Part shown: positions 1 through 8,413 of the stretch, one piece after another
How positions within the stretch are numbered: position 1 is the first letter of the stretch
Layout: each line of letters starts with the position of its first letter
Notes under the pieces: generated by a model
The model's database searches: none
The model's input: only the letters and a program-made list of their open reading frames with translations
Told to the model about the DNA's origin: nothing
IMG/VR virus record: IMGVR_UViG_3300044972_002456
Coordinates: 1-40,103 of that record
Strand: one strand, 5' to 3'
DNA: 40,103 nucleotides
Origin: a virus
Lineage: Duplodnaviria > Caudoviricetes
Position numbers and translations under genes: made by a program

Positions 1-155
1 GCCTTCATTTCGTCAATTTTGCTATTTAGATATTCCATCTTTTTTTGTATAATGTAAGCTTTGTGAGTATTACCTAACTTTTGTAACTTTATCATAAAAT
101 ATTCTAATTCTCTAGAATCTTTTTTTAACCGCTCAATTTGTGGCTGGTATGACAT
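1..155 (-). CDS. hypothetical protein, 3' end outside window (MSYQPQIERLKKDSRELEYF...)
   Basis: Translated by hand; ATG at 155 with AGAGG RBS; open to window edge. Confidence 0.7.
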   Translation of the reverse strand, partial: MSYQPQIERLKKDSRELEYFMIKLQKLGNTHKAYIIQKKMEYLNSKIDEMK

Positions 156-242
156 ATGAATATACCTCTAATTGATTATGAGTTAATGAAAGCAAAAGGT
201 GTTAAGGTAACAATCTCCTCTGATGTTGGCGTTATAGAAAGT

Positions 243-280
243 AAAAAGGATCATGGCCTTTTGAAAGCCATGATCCTTTT
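243..280 (-). terminator. Rho-independent terminator (potentially bidirectional)
   Basis: 14-bp perfect inverted repeat aaaaggatcatggc / gccatgatcctttt with U-tract on both strands. Confidence 0.85.
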
Positions 281-314
281 CGTTAGTATGAGTTATAAAA
301 TTTGCTCATAATTT

Positions 315-322
315 TATTTATA
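315..322 (-). promoter_or_regulatory. T4-type late promoter TATAAATA
   Basis: Exact gp55 consensus in intergenic position. Confidence 0.7.
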
Positions 323-327
323 AAAAA

Positions 328-783
328 CTAATCTTCGTCTTTAATTAAACCTGGAAATGCTTCTATTACTAATTTCTTAGTGATTCCTTTATAATGTGCA
401 GTTCCTGTTTTTTTAATTAGCGATTTATCTTTCATGAGTATAAGCAACTCTGCTTCTTCTGGATGCATAGTCTCGAGTAATGTTATAAACATTTTTTCTC
501 TTTTAACGCTGGCCATGCTTTGCCCAGGACCATTCTTTACAAAGAACTTTAGTTTCTTAGCAGCGCGTTGAATAGCTGATGGAGTAAATCCCCACTTCTT
601 AGATTCTTCTAAACTAAATGGAGGTCTACCTTCTGGCAATATAAATTCAATACCTGAATCCATCCCACCTTGCAATACTGTTCGTAGCGCAAAACTATTA
701 TTGTCTCTTAATATTGTTATTTTTTCTTCTTTAGTTGTTGCTTGTGCAGCCCTTTCTAGCACAATATAGACAAAACTGGCCAT
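328..783 (-). CDS. conserved T4-like phage hypothetical protein
   Basis: 151-aa ORF coupled to rnh; LPEGRPPF and KREKMFITLLE motifs recalled from aquatic T4-like phages. Confidence 0.75.
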   Translation of the reverse strand: MASFVYIVLERAAQATTKEEKITILRDNNSFALRTVLQGGMDSGIEFILPEGRPPFSLEESKKWGFTPSAIQRAAKKLKFFVKNGPGQSMASVKREKMFITLLETMHPEEAELLILMKDKSLIKKTGTAHYKGITKKLVIEAFPGLIKDED

Positions 784-1631
784 TATAAAAAATCTCCTAC
801 ACTATCGATTAGTAATTTACAACGCTTGGTAATTAAGTAATTAAGTACTCTAGAAGAATGCGGTACTTGAAAAGATTCATAAGCAGCAATTACTTCATTC
901 TTTAGTTCTACAGGGGTTTGCGATAAATCAATCATCTTTTTATTTCTGCAATAATTTCTATATATCTCTTCGCCCATAACTGAGCGCAAGTCTTCAGGTG
1001 GTACAGAGAATTGCGCAATCTTCTTTTGAGTCATAGGCGATTGTCGAATAGAATCTACAAAGGTATTATCAGGGCTAAGAACATTTGGCACACCATCTGA
1101 TGCATCTCCTTTTAAAATATGCTCAAGGAGATATTGATTAGGATTCGAGTCTTCAATAAACTTTTTAGTCATTGGAGAAAATTGCCGAACGTTATTGTAT
1201 TTCTGAAGTTGAATAAAATCTTTATCAGATGATACGATCATAACTCTATCGTGTTTACCAAACTCTTGAGTCGTTTCTACTAATGTAGCAATGATGTCAT
1301 CTGCTTCACAACCATTAATACGAACAGTTTTGTATGGTAGGTTTTGACCAATTTCGTCAAATACTAAATTAATAATTCTAAAGATTTCATTCCAATCTAG
1401 AGGTGATTCATCTCTGCCAGATTTGCGAGAAGCTTTGTATTGCGGAAATACTTCTTTACGCCAGTTTGATGAATCGTTTGCAATTACCATCTGGCCGTAT
1501 TCATCACGAAATTTTTTGTTATACATTCGAATAGAATTCAAGATCATATGACGAATCATATCTTCGCTGATCTCTATCTTTTGTACAATAATGTTTGCTA
1601 TAGCAATTGCGTTATAATCTAAGATAATCAT
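783..1631 (-). CDS. rnh: RNase H / 5'-3' exonuclease (T4 Rnh, FEN family)
   Basis: ILDYN, WRK..FPQYKASR, EADDII, SSDKDFIQL, GDASDGVPN motifs. Confidence 0.95.
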   Translation of the reverse strand: MIILDYNAIAIANIIVQKIEISEDMIRHMILNSIRMYNKKFRDEYGQMVIANDSSNWRKEVFPQYKASRKSGRDESPLDWNEIFRIINLVFDEIGQNLPYKTVRINGCEADDIIATLVETTQEFGKHDRVMIVSSDKDFIQLQKYNNVRQFSPMTKKFIEDSNPNQYLLEHILKGDASDGVPNVLSPDNTFVDSIRQSPMTQKKIAQFSVPPEDLRSVMGEEIYRNYCRNKKMIDLSQTPVELKNEVIAAYESFQVPHSSRVLNYLITKRCKLLIDSVGDFL

Positions 1632-1660
1632 GATACACTCAAGTTTGTATTATATAGTAT

Positions 1661-1689
1661 ATTATACATTAAATCATATAATATGTACA
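1661..1689 (-). promoter_or_regulatory. early/sigma70-type promoter TGTACA-N17-TATAAT
   Basis: One of 10 copies of the same motif; upstream of rnh. Confidence 0.8.
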
Positions 1690-1690
1690 C

Positions 1691-2107
1691 TCATTTTTTA
1701 AGATGTTTTAAGTGCGATTTGCGTACTTTCACTTGAATCCAAGCATTATAGTACTCATCACTCAATAACACGTTTCGCTCAATTTGTTCTTTTAATTCTA
1801 AGTAAGCGCATTCTGCTTTGGTTTTACATAAATGCAATATAGTTCTTTTAAAAGATTCTTTTCCTATATTGGTTATTTCTGCTCCGAGCTCAGCTGATGA
1901 TCCGTAATAATCTTTCCAATCGGACTCAACTTTATATCTTTTCTTTTTCTTATTCACCTGTTTAATTTTTGATGACCAGAAAAACTTTTTACCAATATAT
2001 TTTCTGCCATTAACCAAGTTTTCAATTAAATAAACAAATCCATATACTTCTTTATGGTTAAGTTCTTCAGGTAAATATAATGTATCTTTCAATAACCAGT
2101 GATTCAT
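1691..2107 (-). CDS. GIY-YIG family endonuclease (free-standing, short)
   Basis: GFVY...KYIGKK motif, YYGSS, conserved E and YYN. Confidence 0.85.
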   Translation of the reverse strand: MNHWLLKDTLYLPEELNHKEVYGFVYLIENLVNGRKYIGKKFFWSSKIKQVNKKKKRYKVESDWKDYYGSSAELGAEITNIGKESFKRTILHLCKTKAECAYLELKEQIERNVLLSDEYYNAWIQVKVRKSHLKHLKK

Positions 2108-2143
2108 AAATAGTCCATAAGGTGTTTATATGGACTATTTATA
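2106..2143 (-). promoter_or_regulatory. late promoter TATAAATA (2136-2143) within a 14-bp hairpin that sequesters the RBS/ATG of the GIY-YIG gene
   Basis: Perfect inverted repeat 2106-2119 / 2129-2142. Confidence 0.8.
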
Positions 2144-2147
2144 TTCC

Positions 2148-2285
2148 TTATTCGTCGTTAAAATCTAGCTCTTCTATTTGCTCTTCACCACAAAATGGAC
2201 AATATACTGCTTCTAGATCGTCATCATCAGCTTCGTCAGAAATTACTCTATATAATACGTTACATGAACTACAAGTATGCTTCAT
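2148..2285 (-). CDS. 45-aa zinc-ribbon protein (MKHTCSSC...YCPFCGEE), not in ORF track
   Basis: Hand translation; two CxxC pairs; starts immediately after nrdB stop. Confidence 0.8.
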   Translation of the reverse strand: MKHTCSSCNVLYRVISDEADDDDLEAVYCPFCGEEQIEELDFNDE

Positions 2286-3263
2286 TTATACTCCCCAAAC
2301 ATCTTTCCAATCTCCAGTAATTGCGCCTTTAGCATAGTCCGTTGCACGGTTTTCAAAGAAATTAGTATGCGTTGGAGCATTGATCATTTCTTCAACCCAA
2401 AGCAATGGATTCTTTTTTATTTTAAAAATTCCTTTTAATCCTAAAGAAATTAATCTTCTATCACAAATATACCGAATATATTTTTTTACATCATCAGCAC
2501 TAAGATTTTCCATACTACCGGTGGCAAATGACAAATCAATAAACTTGTCTTCTAGCTCAACCATCTTCTCGGCAATAGTATATATCTTTCCTTTGAGGTC
2601 ATCATTCCAGATACCAATATTTTCATTAATGTATTCACGGAACAGTTTGATCATATTCTCTGCGTGTAGTGTCTCGTCAACAATACTCCAGGTAATGATT
2701 TGTCCCATGCCTTTCATTTTACCGTGACGAGGAAAATTCAATAGCATAATAAAAGAACTGAACAATTGCATACCTTCAGTGAAAGCAGAAAACGCAGCAA
2801 TATTTGTTGCTACTGATTCAACTGTTCCATTTGAATTTGACATGTCAATAAAATATTCATGCTTATCTTTCATAGCTTCATATTCTAGGAATTCAGAATA
2901 TGTAGACTCAGGCATGCCAAGAGTCTCAATGAGGTGAGAATATGCTGCAATGTGAAGAGCTTCACGAGCAGCAAATCCTGCAAGCATCATTCTTATCTCA
3001 GGTTGTTTAAAATAAGGCAGGTAATTATTAACATATCCACCCGCAACATCAATATCACCTTGTACAAAGAATCTAAAGATGTTTGTTAAAAATCCTTTTT
3101 CTGATTCAGATAGTTTTGATTGCCAGTCCTTTACATCTTCAGACATTGGAACTTCTGTATGAAGCCAATGCGATTGCTCATGCTTAAGCCAAGCATCATA
3201 TGCCCATGGATATGAAAACGGTTTGAAGTAAGACCTTTCATCTGTTAACTTTAATTTACTCAC
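2286..3263 (-). CDS. nrdB: ribonucleotide reductase class Ia beta subunit
   Basis: Di-iron ligands (GDIDV, REALH, FTEG, DETLH), radical Tyr region AYSH, C-terminal NFFE. Confidence 0.95.
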   Translation of the reverse strand: MSKLKLTDERSYFKPFSYPWAYDAWLKHEQSHWLHTEVPMSEDVKDWQSKLSESEKGFLTNIFRFFVQGDIDVAGGYVNNYLPYFKQPEIRMMLAGFAAREALHIAAYSHLIETLGMPESTYSEFLEYEAMKDKHEYFIDMSNSNGTVESVATNIAAFSAFTEGMQLFSSFIMLLNFPRHGKMKGMGQIITWSIVDETLHAENMIKLFREYINENIGIWNDDLKGKIYTIAEKMVELEDKFIDLSFATGSMENLSADDVKKYIRYICDRRLISLGLKGIFKIKKNPLLWVEEMINAPTHTNFFENRATDYAKGAITGDWKDVWGV

Positions 3264-3513
3264 TTAACCATGCCTCCAAATCTGGTATACTCATCATGCC
3301 AGATTTGCGTTTGATTTCATACAATCCAGCCATAGGATCATGATCAACCATAATTAAAGTTGGTACACCACGTATACCGAATTGCTTAGCGTATTCTTGA
3401 TTCTCATCGATATCTATTTCTTCAAATGGAATATCTGTATTGATAGATTGTATTGCTTTGGAAAGCATTTGGCATGGAGCACACCAACTTGCACTAAACT
3501 TTAACACCTTCAT
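3256..3513 (-). CDS. thioredoxin
   Basis: WCAPC active site, GVPT cis-Pro loop; start moved to MKVLKF. Confidence 0.9.
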   Translation of the reverse strand: MKVLKFSASWCAPCQMLSKAIQSINTDIPFEEIDIDENQEYAKQFGIRGVPTLIMVDHDPMAGLYEIKRKSGMMSIPDLEAWLSE

Positions 3514-3514
3514 A

Positions 3515-5317
3515 TTAACCCTCACATGCTAAACAAGGTTCGTCATTTACTAAAGAAGTCATATCCAACTCTTTTATAATTTGTCTTTCAATTTTATTTG
3601 CTACTTTATCGGCTTTGCCTAATTTCTCTGATCTGCAATAATACAATGTCTTTAATCCCTGTTTCCATGCTAAATAATGAATTGCATGTAGGTACTTAAT
3701 ATTCGAATCTGGTCTAAAGAATAAATTAAGCGATTGCCCTTGGTCAATATATTCCTGTCTCTTAGAGGCGTGATCAATTAGCCAACGTTGATCGATCTCC
3801 ATAGCAGTTTTGTATACAGCTTTCTCATCAGCGCTTAGCATTGATAAATGCTGCACAGATCCATCATTTGAAATTATTGATGACCAGATTTCATCTTCTG
3901 TCTGTTTAGTTTGCCCAGCTTCAATCTTACTTTGAATAATGTCCACCAGATGCTTATTTTTATTAAGATGAGACCCGGATAGAGTGTCTTGCCTGTAAGC
4001 ATTCGCCCTAAAAGGTTCAATGCTCGGGCTAGTGTTGCCCATAATAATACTGCTAGAAGCATTAGGAGCGATAGCCATGACATGGCTAAACCTTCTTCCT
4101 GTACCCTGAGCATCAGGTGCTTCACCGCGTTGTGTTCCAAGTTCAATATTTGCTTCATCAAGTTTAGTCCTAATATATTTAAACATTCTCACGTTGGCAC
4201 TAGTTGCTTGCCAGCTTTCCCATTGTATCATATTCTTTTGCAAATATGCATGAAACCCTAATGCGCCAACACCAATACTTCTTTCACGCATCGCTGAAAA
4301 CTTTGCACGTGAAACAGTATTAGGAGCATTATCTATAAAGTACTGTAATACATTATCTAGCATCTCAGCTATATCTTTCAGGAATAATGAATTTTTAGAC
4401 CACGTATTGTAATATTCAAGATTCACTGATGATAAACAACATACGGCTGTTCTATCTTTATTTGTTGGAAGAATAATTTCAGAACAAAGGTTTGATTGAT
4501 GAATCTTAAGGCCAAGATCTTTTTGAAATTGTGGAAGGTGCCTATTAGATGTATCAATAAAGTGTACGTATGGTTCGCCAGTTTCCATACGTAGTTCTAT
4601 AATTTTTTGCCACAAAGCTTTTGCAGATACTGTGCTTTTAATCTGGCCAGAATGTGGATCGATCAAATTCCATCTATCATCAGCATTTGAATCGGTCATA
4701 CATCTTTCGATAATTTCCATAAACCGATCTGATATGTTAATACCATGGTGCAAATTTAAGCAACGAACATTTTGATCGCCAGTAGGCTTTCTCATTTCTA
4801 GAAACATTATTACGTCTGGATGAGAAATGTCTAGATAAGTTGCATATGACCCACGACGAGTTCGACCTTGACGATAGGCCAAACATGAAGCGTCATAGGT
4901 TTTAAGGTGAGGCATTACTCCAACAGACTTATCATCGCCAGATCGAATACCAAAACCAATACCAACTCCACCCCCTAGCATAGAAAGCCAGTTTGTTTCA
5001 GATAGGTTTTCGACTAAGCCTTCTGCCGTATCATTGATATAATTTAGAAAGCAAGATATCGGCATGCCATTTTTTGATCTTCCGAATGAAAGAATTGGAG
5101 TAGAATATGATAACCAATGTTTACTTGAATAATCATATAATCTTTGAGCATGTTCTGCATTGCTGCTAAATTTCGAGCTAACATATGCAAATCTTTCTTG
5201 AGGAGACTCTTCGTCGTCCTTCATGTAACTTTCTTTTAATCTTTGAATTCCCAATTTATCAAACAGAGCATCTCTTGAATAATCTATTTGAATTCCCATA
5301 TACTCTATTTTCGACAT
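3515..5317 (-). CDS. nrdA: ribonucleotide reductase class Ia alpha subunit, no ATP-cone
   Basis: SCFL, SNLCSEI, VCCLSS, APNASSS, LKTLYY, C-terminal CLACEG; start probably MSKIEY. Confidence 0.95.
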   Translation of the reverse strand: MSKIEYMGIQIDYSRDALFDKLGIQRLKESYMKDDEESPQERFAYVSSKFSSNAEHAQRLYDYSSKHWLSYSTPILSFGRSKNGMPISCFLNYINDTAEGLVENLSETNWLSMLGGGVGIGFGIRSGDDKSVGVMPHLKTYDASCLAYRQGRTRRGSYATYLDISHPDVIMFLEMRKPTGDQNVRCLNLHHGINISDRFMEIIERCMTDSNADDRWNLIDPHSGQIKSTVSAKALWQKIIELRMETGEPYVHFIDTSNRHLPQFQKDLGLKIHQSNLCSEIILPTNKDRTAVCCLSSVNLEYYNTWSKNSLFLKDIAEMLDNVLQYFIDNAPNTVSRAKFSAMRERSIGVGALGFHAYLQKNMIQWESWQATSANVRMFKYIRTKLDEANIELGTQRGEAPDAQGTGRRFSHVMAIAPNASSSIIMGNTSPSIEPFRANAYRQDTLSGSHLNKNKHLVDIIQSKIEAGQTKQTEDEIWSSIISNDGSVQHLSMLSADEKAVYKTAMEIDQRWLIDHASKRQEYIDQGQSLNLFFRPDSNIKYLHAIHYLAWKQGLKTLYYCRSEKLGKADKVANKIERQIIKELDMTSLVNDEPCLACEG

Positions 5318-5374
5318 GCAAATATCCCACAATAAGTCCAAGTAAATGGATTATTTTAATTTTATTAAGGTAAT

Positions 5375-5403
5375 ATTATATATCAAAGCGCTGAGTATGT
5401 ACA
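5375..5403 (-). promoter_or_regulatory. early/sigma70-type promoter TGTACA-N17-TATAAT
   Basis: Motif copy upstream of nrdA. Confidence 0.8.
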
Positions 5404-5423
5404 ACACTTTTTACAGATATATT

Positions 5424-5630
5424 TTAAGATAGAGCTTTTACTATTGTTATGGCTTTTACAATAGCATCATAGAGATCTTGCTTTTTTTGCAGATCCTTTG
5501 CGCCATTCTTAATGGCACCCTCTAAGTTGAGGCTGTTTATTAATGCAACATATTCTTGATGTGATATATTGCCTTCTTGATACATTTTTTGTATGTTATT
5601 AAATTTTACTTCTAAATCTGATACATTCAT
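5424..5630 (-). CDS. hypothetical protein
   Basis: 68-aa ORF with ATGA overlap to upstream gene. Confidence 0.7.
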   Translation of the reverse strand: MNVSDLEVKFNNIQKMYQEGNISHQEYVALINSLNLEGAIKNGAKDLQKKQDLYDAIVKAITIVKALS

Positions 5631-6040
5631 TTTCTTTTCCGTCCTATTACTTGTTGTATACTTGTGGCTGAATCAGCTATCTGTAATAAACTTGTTTGAC
5701 AAAAAAACTGCGATACTTCTTGATTATCATATAAAGTGTATCCTTCATCGACGAGCAAATGCAAATTTATTGCTAAATCATGTGCAGGCTGATTTCTTCG
5801 TAGATACTGAGTAAAGTTTTTAAATTCTAAAGAACCCTTATACAATACTTCAAAATTCTCTCGAGAGATCTCAGTGCTATAACATGAATCTACTGATAGC
5901 TCAGCAGTAGTTCTTATCCAATTTATAAGCTCATATTCATTAGTATCATATCTAGCAGGAAACAATACCGCTGTTGCTTGATTTGTAACCGAGCAACCAG
6001 TAAAGGCAAATAAGAGTATTAGCAGTGATATTCTTTTCAT
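5627..6040 (-). CDS. putative lipoprotein
   Basis: Signal peptide with lipobox FTGC. Confidence 0.75.
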   Translation of the reverse strand: MKRISLLILLFAFTGCSVTNQATAVLFPARYDTNEYELINWIRTTAELSVDSCYSTEISRENFEVLYKGSLEFKNFTQYLRRNQPAHDLAINLHLLVDEGYTLYDNQEVSQFFCQTSLLQIADSATSIQQVIGRKRK

Positions 6041-6041
6041 A

Positions 6042-6497
6042 TTAATTTCCTGATTCTAATTCTAACTGGTTATTTTGACGTATTGCATTTTCTTCTAGCC
6101 AACCTTCAGGTCCTTTTGGTTTAGTAGCTTCACGATAATATTTTATGATTTCTGTTTGTTGCCTAATGTACCTACGAATTTCTTGTAGGTTATATGCCAT
6201 GTTTTCATAACTTTGTGGAGTCATACTAAATACAACGAACTCTGCTCCAGTAAAACGTTTTACTTCAGCAACTTTATCTTGCATATTATTTTCTGTCAAC
6301 ACAAACCATTGCACATCATCTAAAGAAATTTCAGGAGGCAAAGGCGGTTGGTATATTTCTAACTGCACAGTTTCTGTAATTATTTTAACTGGAGGCAAAG
6401 GAAGCGGTTCAGGGGGTTGCGAACGACCAAACAGAGAAAAGCTACTGCATCCAGGTAATATAGCAATCAACATTATCAAAGCAAATGATTTATTCAT
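6042..6497 (-). CDS. putative o-spanin (Rz1-like lipoprotein)
   Basis: Start MNKSFAL, lipobox LPGC, Pro-rich linker, overlaps end of coiled-coil TM gene. Confidence 0.75.
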   Translation of the reverse strand: MNKSFALIMLIAILPGCSSFSLFGRSQPPEPLPLPPVKIITETVQLEIYQPPLPPEISLDDVQWFVLTENNMQDKVAEVKRFTGAEFVVFSMTPQSYENMAYNLQEIRRYIRQQTEIIKYYREATKPKGPEGWLEENAIRQNNQLELESGN

Positions 6498-6909
6498 TGA
6501 GTGCAGCAATTTCCTTAGAGTCTTCTTCAACTTGCCTAAAGACTTCTTGTGTTCCATTATTAAGACGTGGTTCAATTAATCCTGGTCTTGCAAGTGCTAG
6601 TCTAGCTAAATCGTGTCTACGAAATATACTTAAGTATTCATCTTTTTCTGATTGAATTTGTTGATTCGTATTTGTTAGAGCTGTCACTTGTTCAATTTGT
6701 TTTTGGTTATTCTCTTCCAAAGAACGAATTGTTTGCTCATTAATTTCTGCGGCAGATTGCAATGCAACATTTTGTGCTTGGTATTGTCTTACATCTGATT
6801 GAAGCTGAACAATTTGAGTGTCGAGTTGATTGACAATAAAGACATGTGCGCCATATCCTAGTCCAGCTAGTATTAATATAAATGGTAAAACTTTCAACAT
6901 AGATAACAT
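6490..6909 (-). CDS. putative i-spanin (Rz-like)
   Basis: N-terminal TM helix followed by long coiled coil; RPGLIE motif; paired with lipoprotein. Confidence 0.75.
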   Translation of the reverse strand: MLSMLKVLPFILILAGLGYGAHVFIVNQLDTQIVQLQSDVRQYQAQNVALQSAAEINEQTIRSLEENNQKQIEQVTALTNTNQQIQSEKDEYLSIFRRHDLARLALARPGLIEPRLNNGTQEVFRQVEEDSKEIAALNE

Positions 6910-6919
6910 TATTAATTAC

Positions 6920-7183
6920 TCAGTTTTTTTTTCTTTTTTCTATCATACTTTGAATATACCGCATGCCTAATGATCTACGGTACATAACCTCAACGTCTTC
7001 TTTTTTACGCTTATCTCTTTGTTTATATGTAACACCAGTGGTATTCATATCAACTCCGCCACCAGAAACAGAATTGGCAGCAACTTCTTCATTAGGACCA
7101 CATGCGCATTGGCTTTCTAATTCATTGCAAAAATCACAATAATTTTCAAATTTTGATTCGCGAATATGGGTAATAGTTTTCAT
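6920..7183 (-). CDS. hypothetical protein
   Basis: 87-aa ORF in operon; CxxC..CxC. Confidence 0.7.
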   Translation of the reverse strand: MKTITHIRESKFENYCDFCNELESQCACGPNEEVAANSVSGGGVDMNTTGVTYKQRDKRKKEDVEVMYRRSLGMRYIQSMIEKRKKN

Positions 7184-7764
7184 CTTATTATTTCCGCAGG
7201 ATTAATAAAAATCTTTTGTTGAGTTTGTAAATGAGTTACTTCGTATATTGGTGCACCTAACATAGTACCTACGGGAAGACAGTTTTCATCTACAACGATT
7301 TTAGACTTGGATGTTGCTATTATTTCTCCAGTCTTAGGAGATATAGTATCGTACATCAAAGTATATGTTCCTGGCTGCAACACATTGTTTTGCATATACC
7401 AAGTAGATTCAAACAATGTATCATCAAAGTCTATGTCCATTTTTTTAAGAACTTTGAGAATACCTTCTTCAGACATGCCAGTTTCTTCTTTGATTAAAAA
7501 CAAAGCAGTAGCCCAAGCAGCTAATTTAGTTTTTCCGAATGGTAACTTATTTACTAATCGCTTTATATTAAAGACTAAACGATGAAAAATAGTATAAGCT
7601 GCTTTTTCATTAGAAGTGCTCAGTGAAGAAGCTCTTTTAATTACTTTACCGTTTGCATCAATAATGCCAAGCTTATAAGCTTCTGTTTTTTCCCATGAAG
7701 TAACTAATAGCTTAAGGAATCTATAAGCATAGAATAGATCACCAGCTCTTGATATAATGCTCAT
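7180..7764 (-). CDS. conserved T4-like hypothetical protein
   Basis: YRFLKLL..W...AYKLGIID.NGK motif recalled from T4-like phages. Confidence 0.75.
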   Translation of the reverse strand: MSIISRAGDLFYAYRFLKLLVTSWEKTEAYKLGIIDANGKVIKRASSLSTSNEKAAYTIFHRLVFNIKRLVNKLPFGKTKLAAWATALFLIKEETGMSEEGILKVLKKMDIDFDDTLFESTWYMQNNVLQPGTYTLMYDTISPKTGEIIATSKSKIVVDENCLPVGTMLGAPIYEVTHLQTQQKIFINPAEIIR

Positions 7765-8129
7765 ATTTTTCTAAGTCTCTCAACAACAAAGGGATCTAAT
7801 GGTATTTCTATATTTTCTGAGTCAGTAATATAGTTTAAATAAAGCAAGATTGGCTTTATTACTGGCCACTCTTTCTCATCAAATTTATAACTCATCATTT
7901 TTTTAGCTGCTTCAATACCAAATAGATTAAATATAACCACAGTGTGATTAATCAATAATCTTTCTTGTAATTCGCCAGTCTGTGTATATCTGCTTATTAA
8001 TCTTTTGATGTATTTAAATCTTTTCAAATCATCATAAAATTCTTCAGCATCTACACATTGGTTATTATTATAATGATGTGCAGCAAATAAAACAAAATTG
8101 CTTTTATTCAAACTATTAAAAAGCTTCAT
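7761..8129 (-). CDS. conserved T4-like hypothetical protein
   Basis: EEFYDDLKRFKYIKRL, RLLINH motifs. Confidence 0.75.
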   Translation of the reverse strand: MKLFNSLNKSNFVLFAAHHYNNNQCVDAEEFYDDLKRFKYIKRLISRYTQTGELQERLLINHTVVIFNLFGIEAAKKMMSYKFDEKEWPVIKPILLYLNYITDSENIEIPLDPFVVERLRKI

Positions 8130-8169
8130 TACTTCCTCAATAAAATAAAGTCATTATTAACTTTATTTA

Positions 8170-8394
8170 TTAAAGATCTTCGGCTTGTTCTACAACTTCT
8201 TCAGGAGCAGCTGGAGCAACTTCTTCAGGAGCAGCCTTAGGCTTTTTTGGCTTAGCTACTTTTTTTACAACACCATTCCAAGCATCTTGCTCTTCTTGTG
8301 ATAATGTTATTCCCTTAAGCTTTTCGCCTTTGGCAGTATAGTATCCAGTTGCTTTTGCAATAGAGTTTTTTAAGTATCCAGGTTTTTTAGTCAT
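8170..8394 (-). CDS. hypothetical protein with Lys-rich then acidic low-complexity tail
   Basis: 74 aa; GAGG RBS. Confidence 0.7.
   Translation of the reverse strand: MTKKPGYLKNSIAKATGYYTAKGEKLKGITLSQEEQDAWNGVVKKVAKPKKPKAAPEEVAPAAPEEVVEQAEDL
8193..8235. repeat. 19-bp direct repeat with 24-bp period (AAPEEV x2) inside CDS
   Basis: caacttcttcaggagcagc at 8193 and 8217. Confidence 0.9.
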
Positions 8395-8413
8395 ATTAAC
8401 ACCTCAGTTAAAG

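Noticed and set aside
2286-5317. Introns or inteins in nrdA/nrdB (also checked gp41, uvsX, thyX)
   Set aside because: Reading frames are continuous and of normal or short length with no insertion signatures
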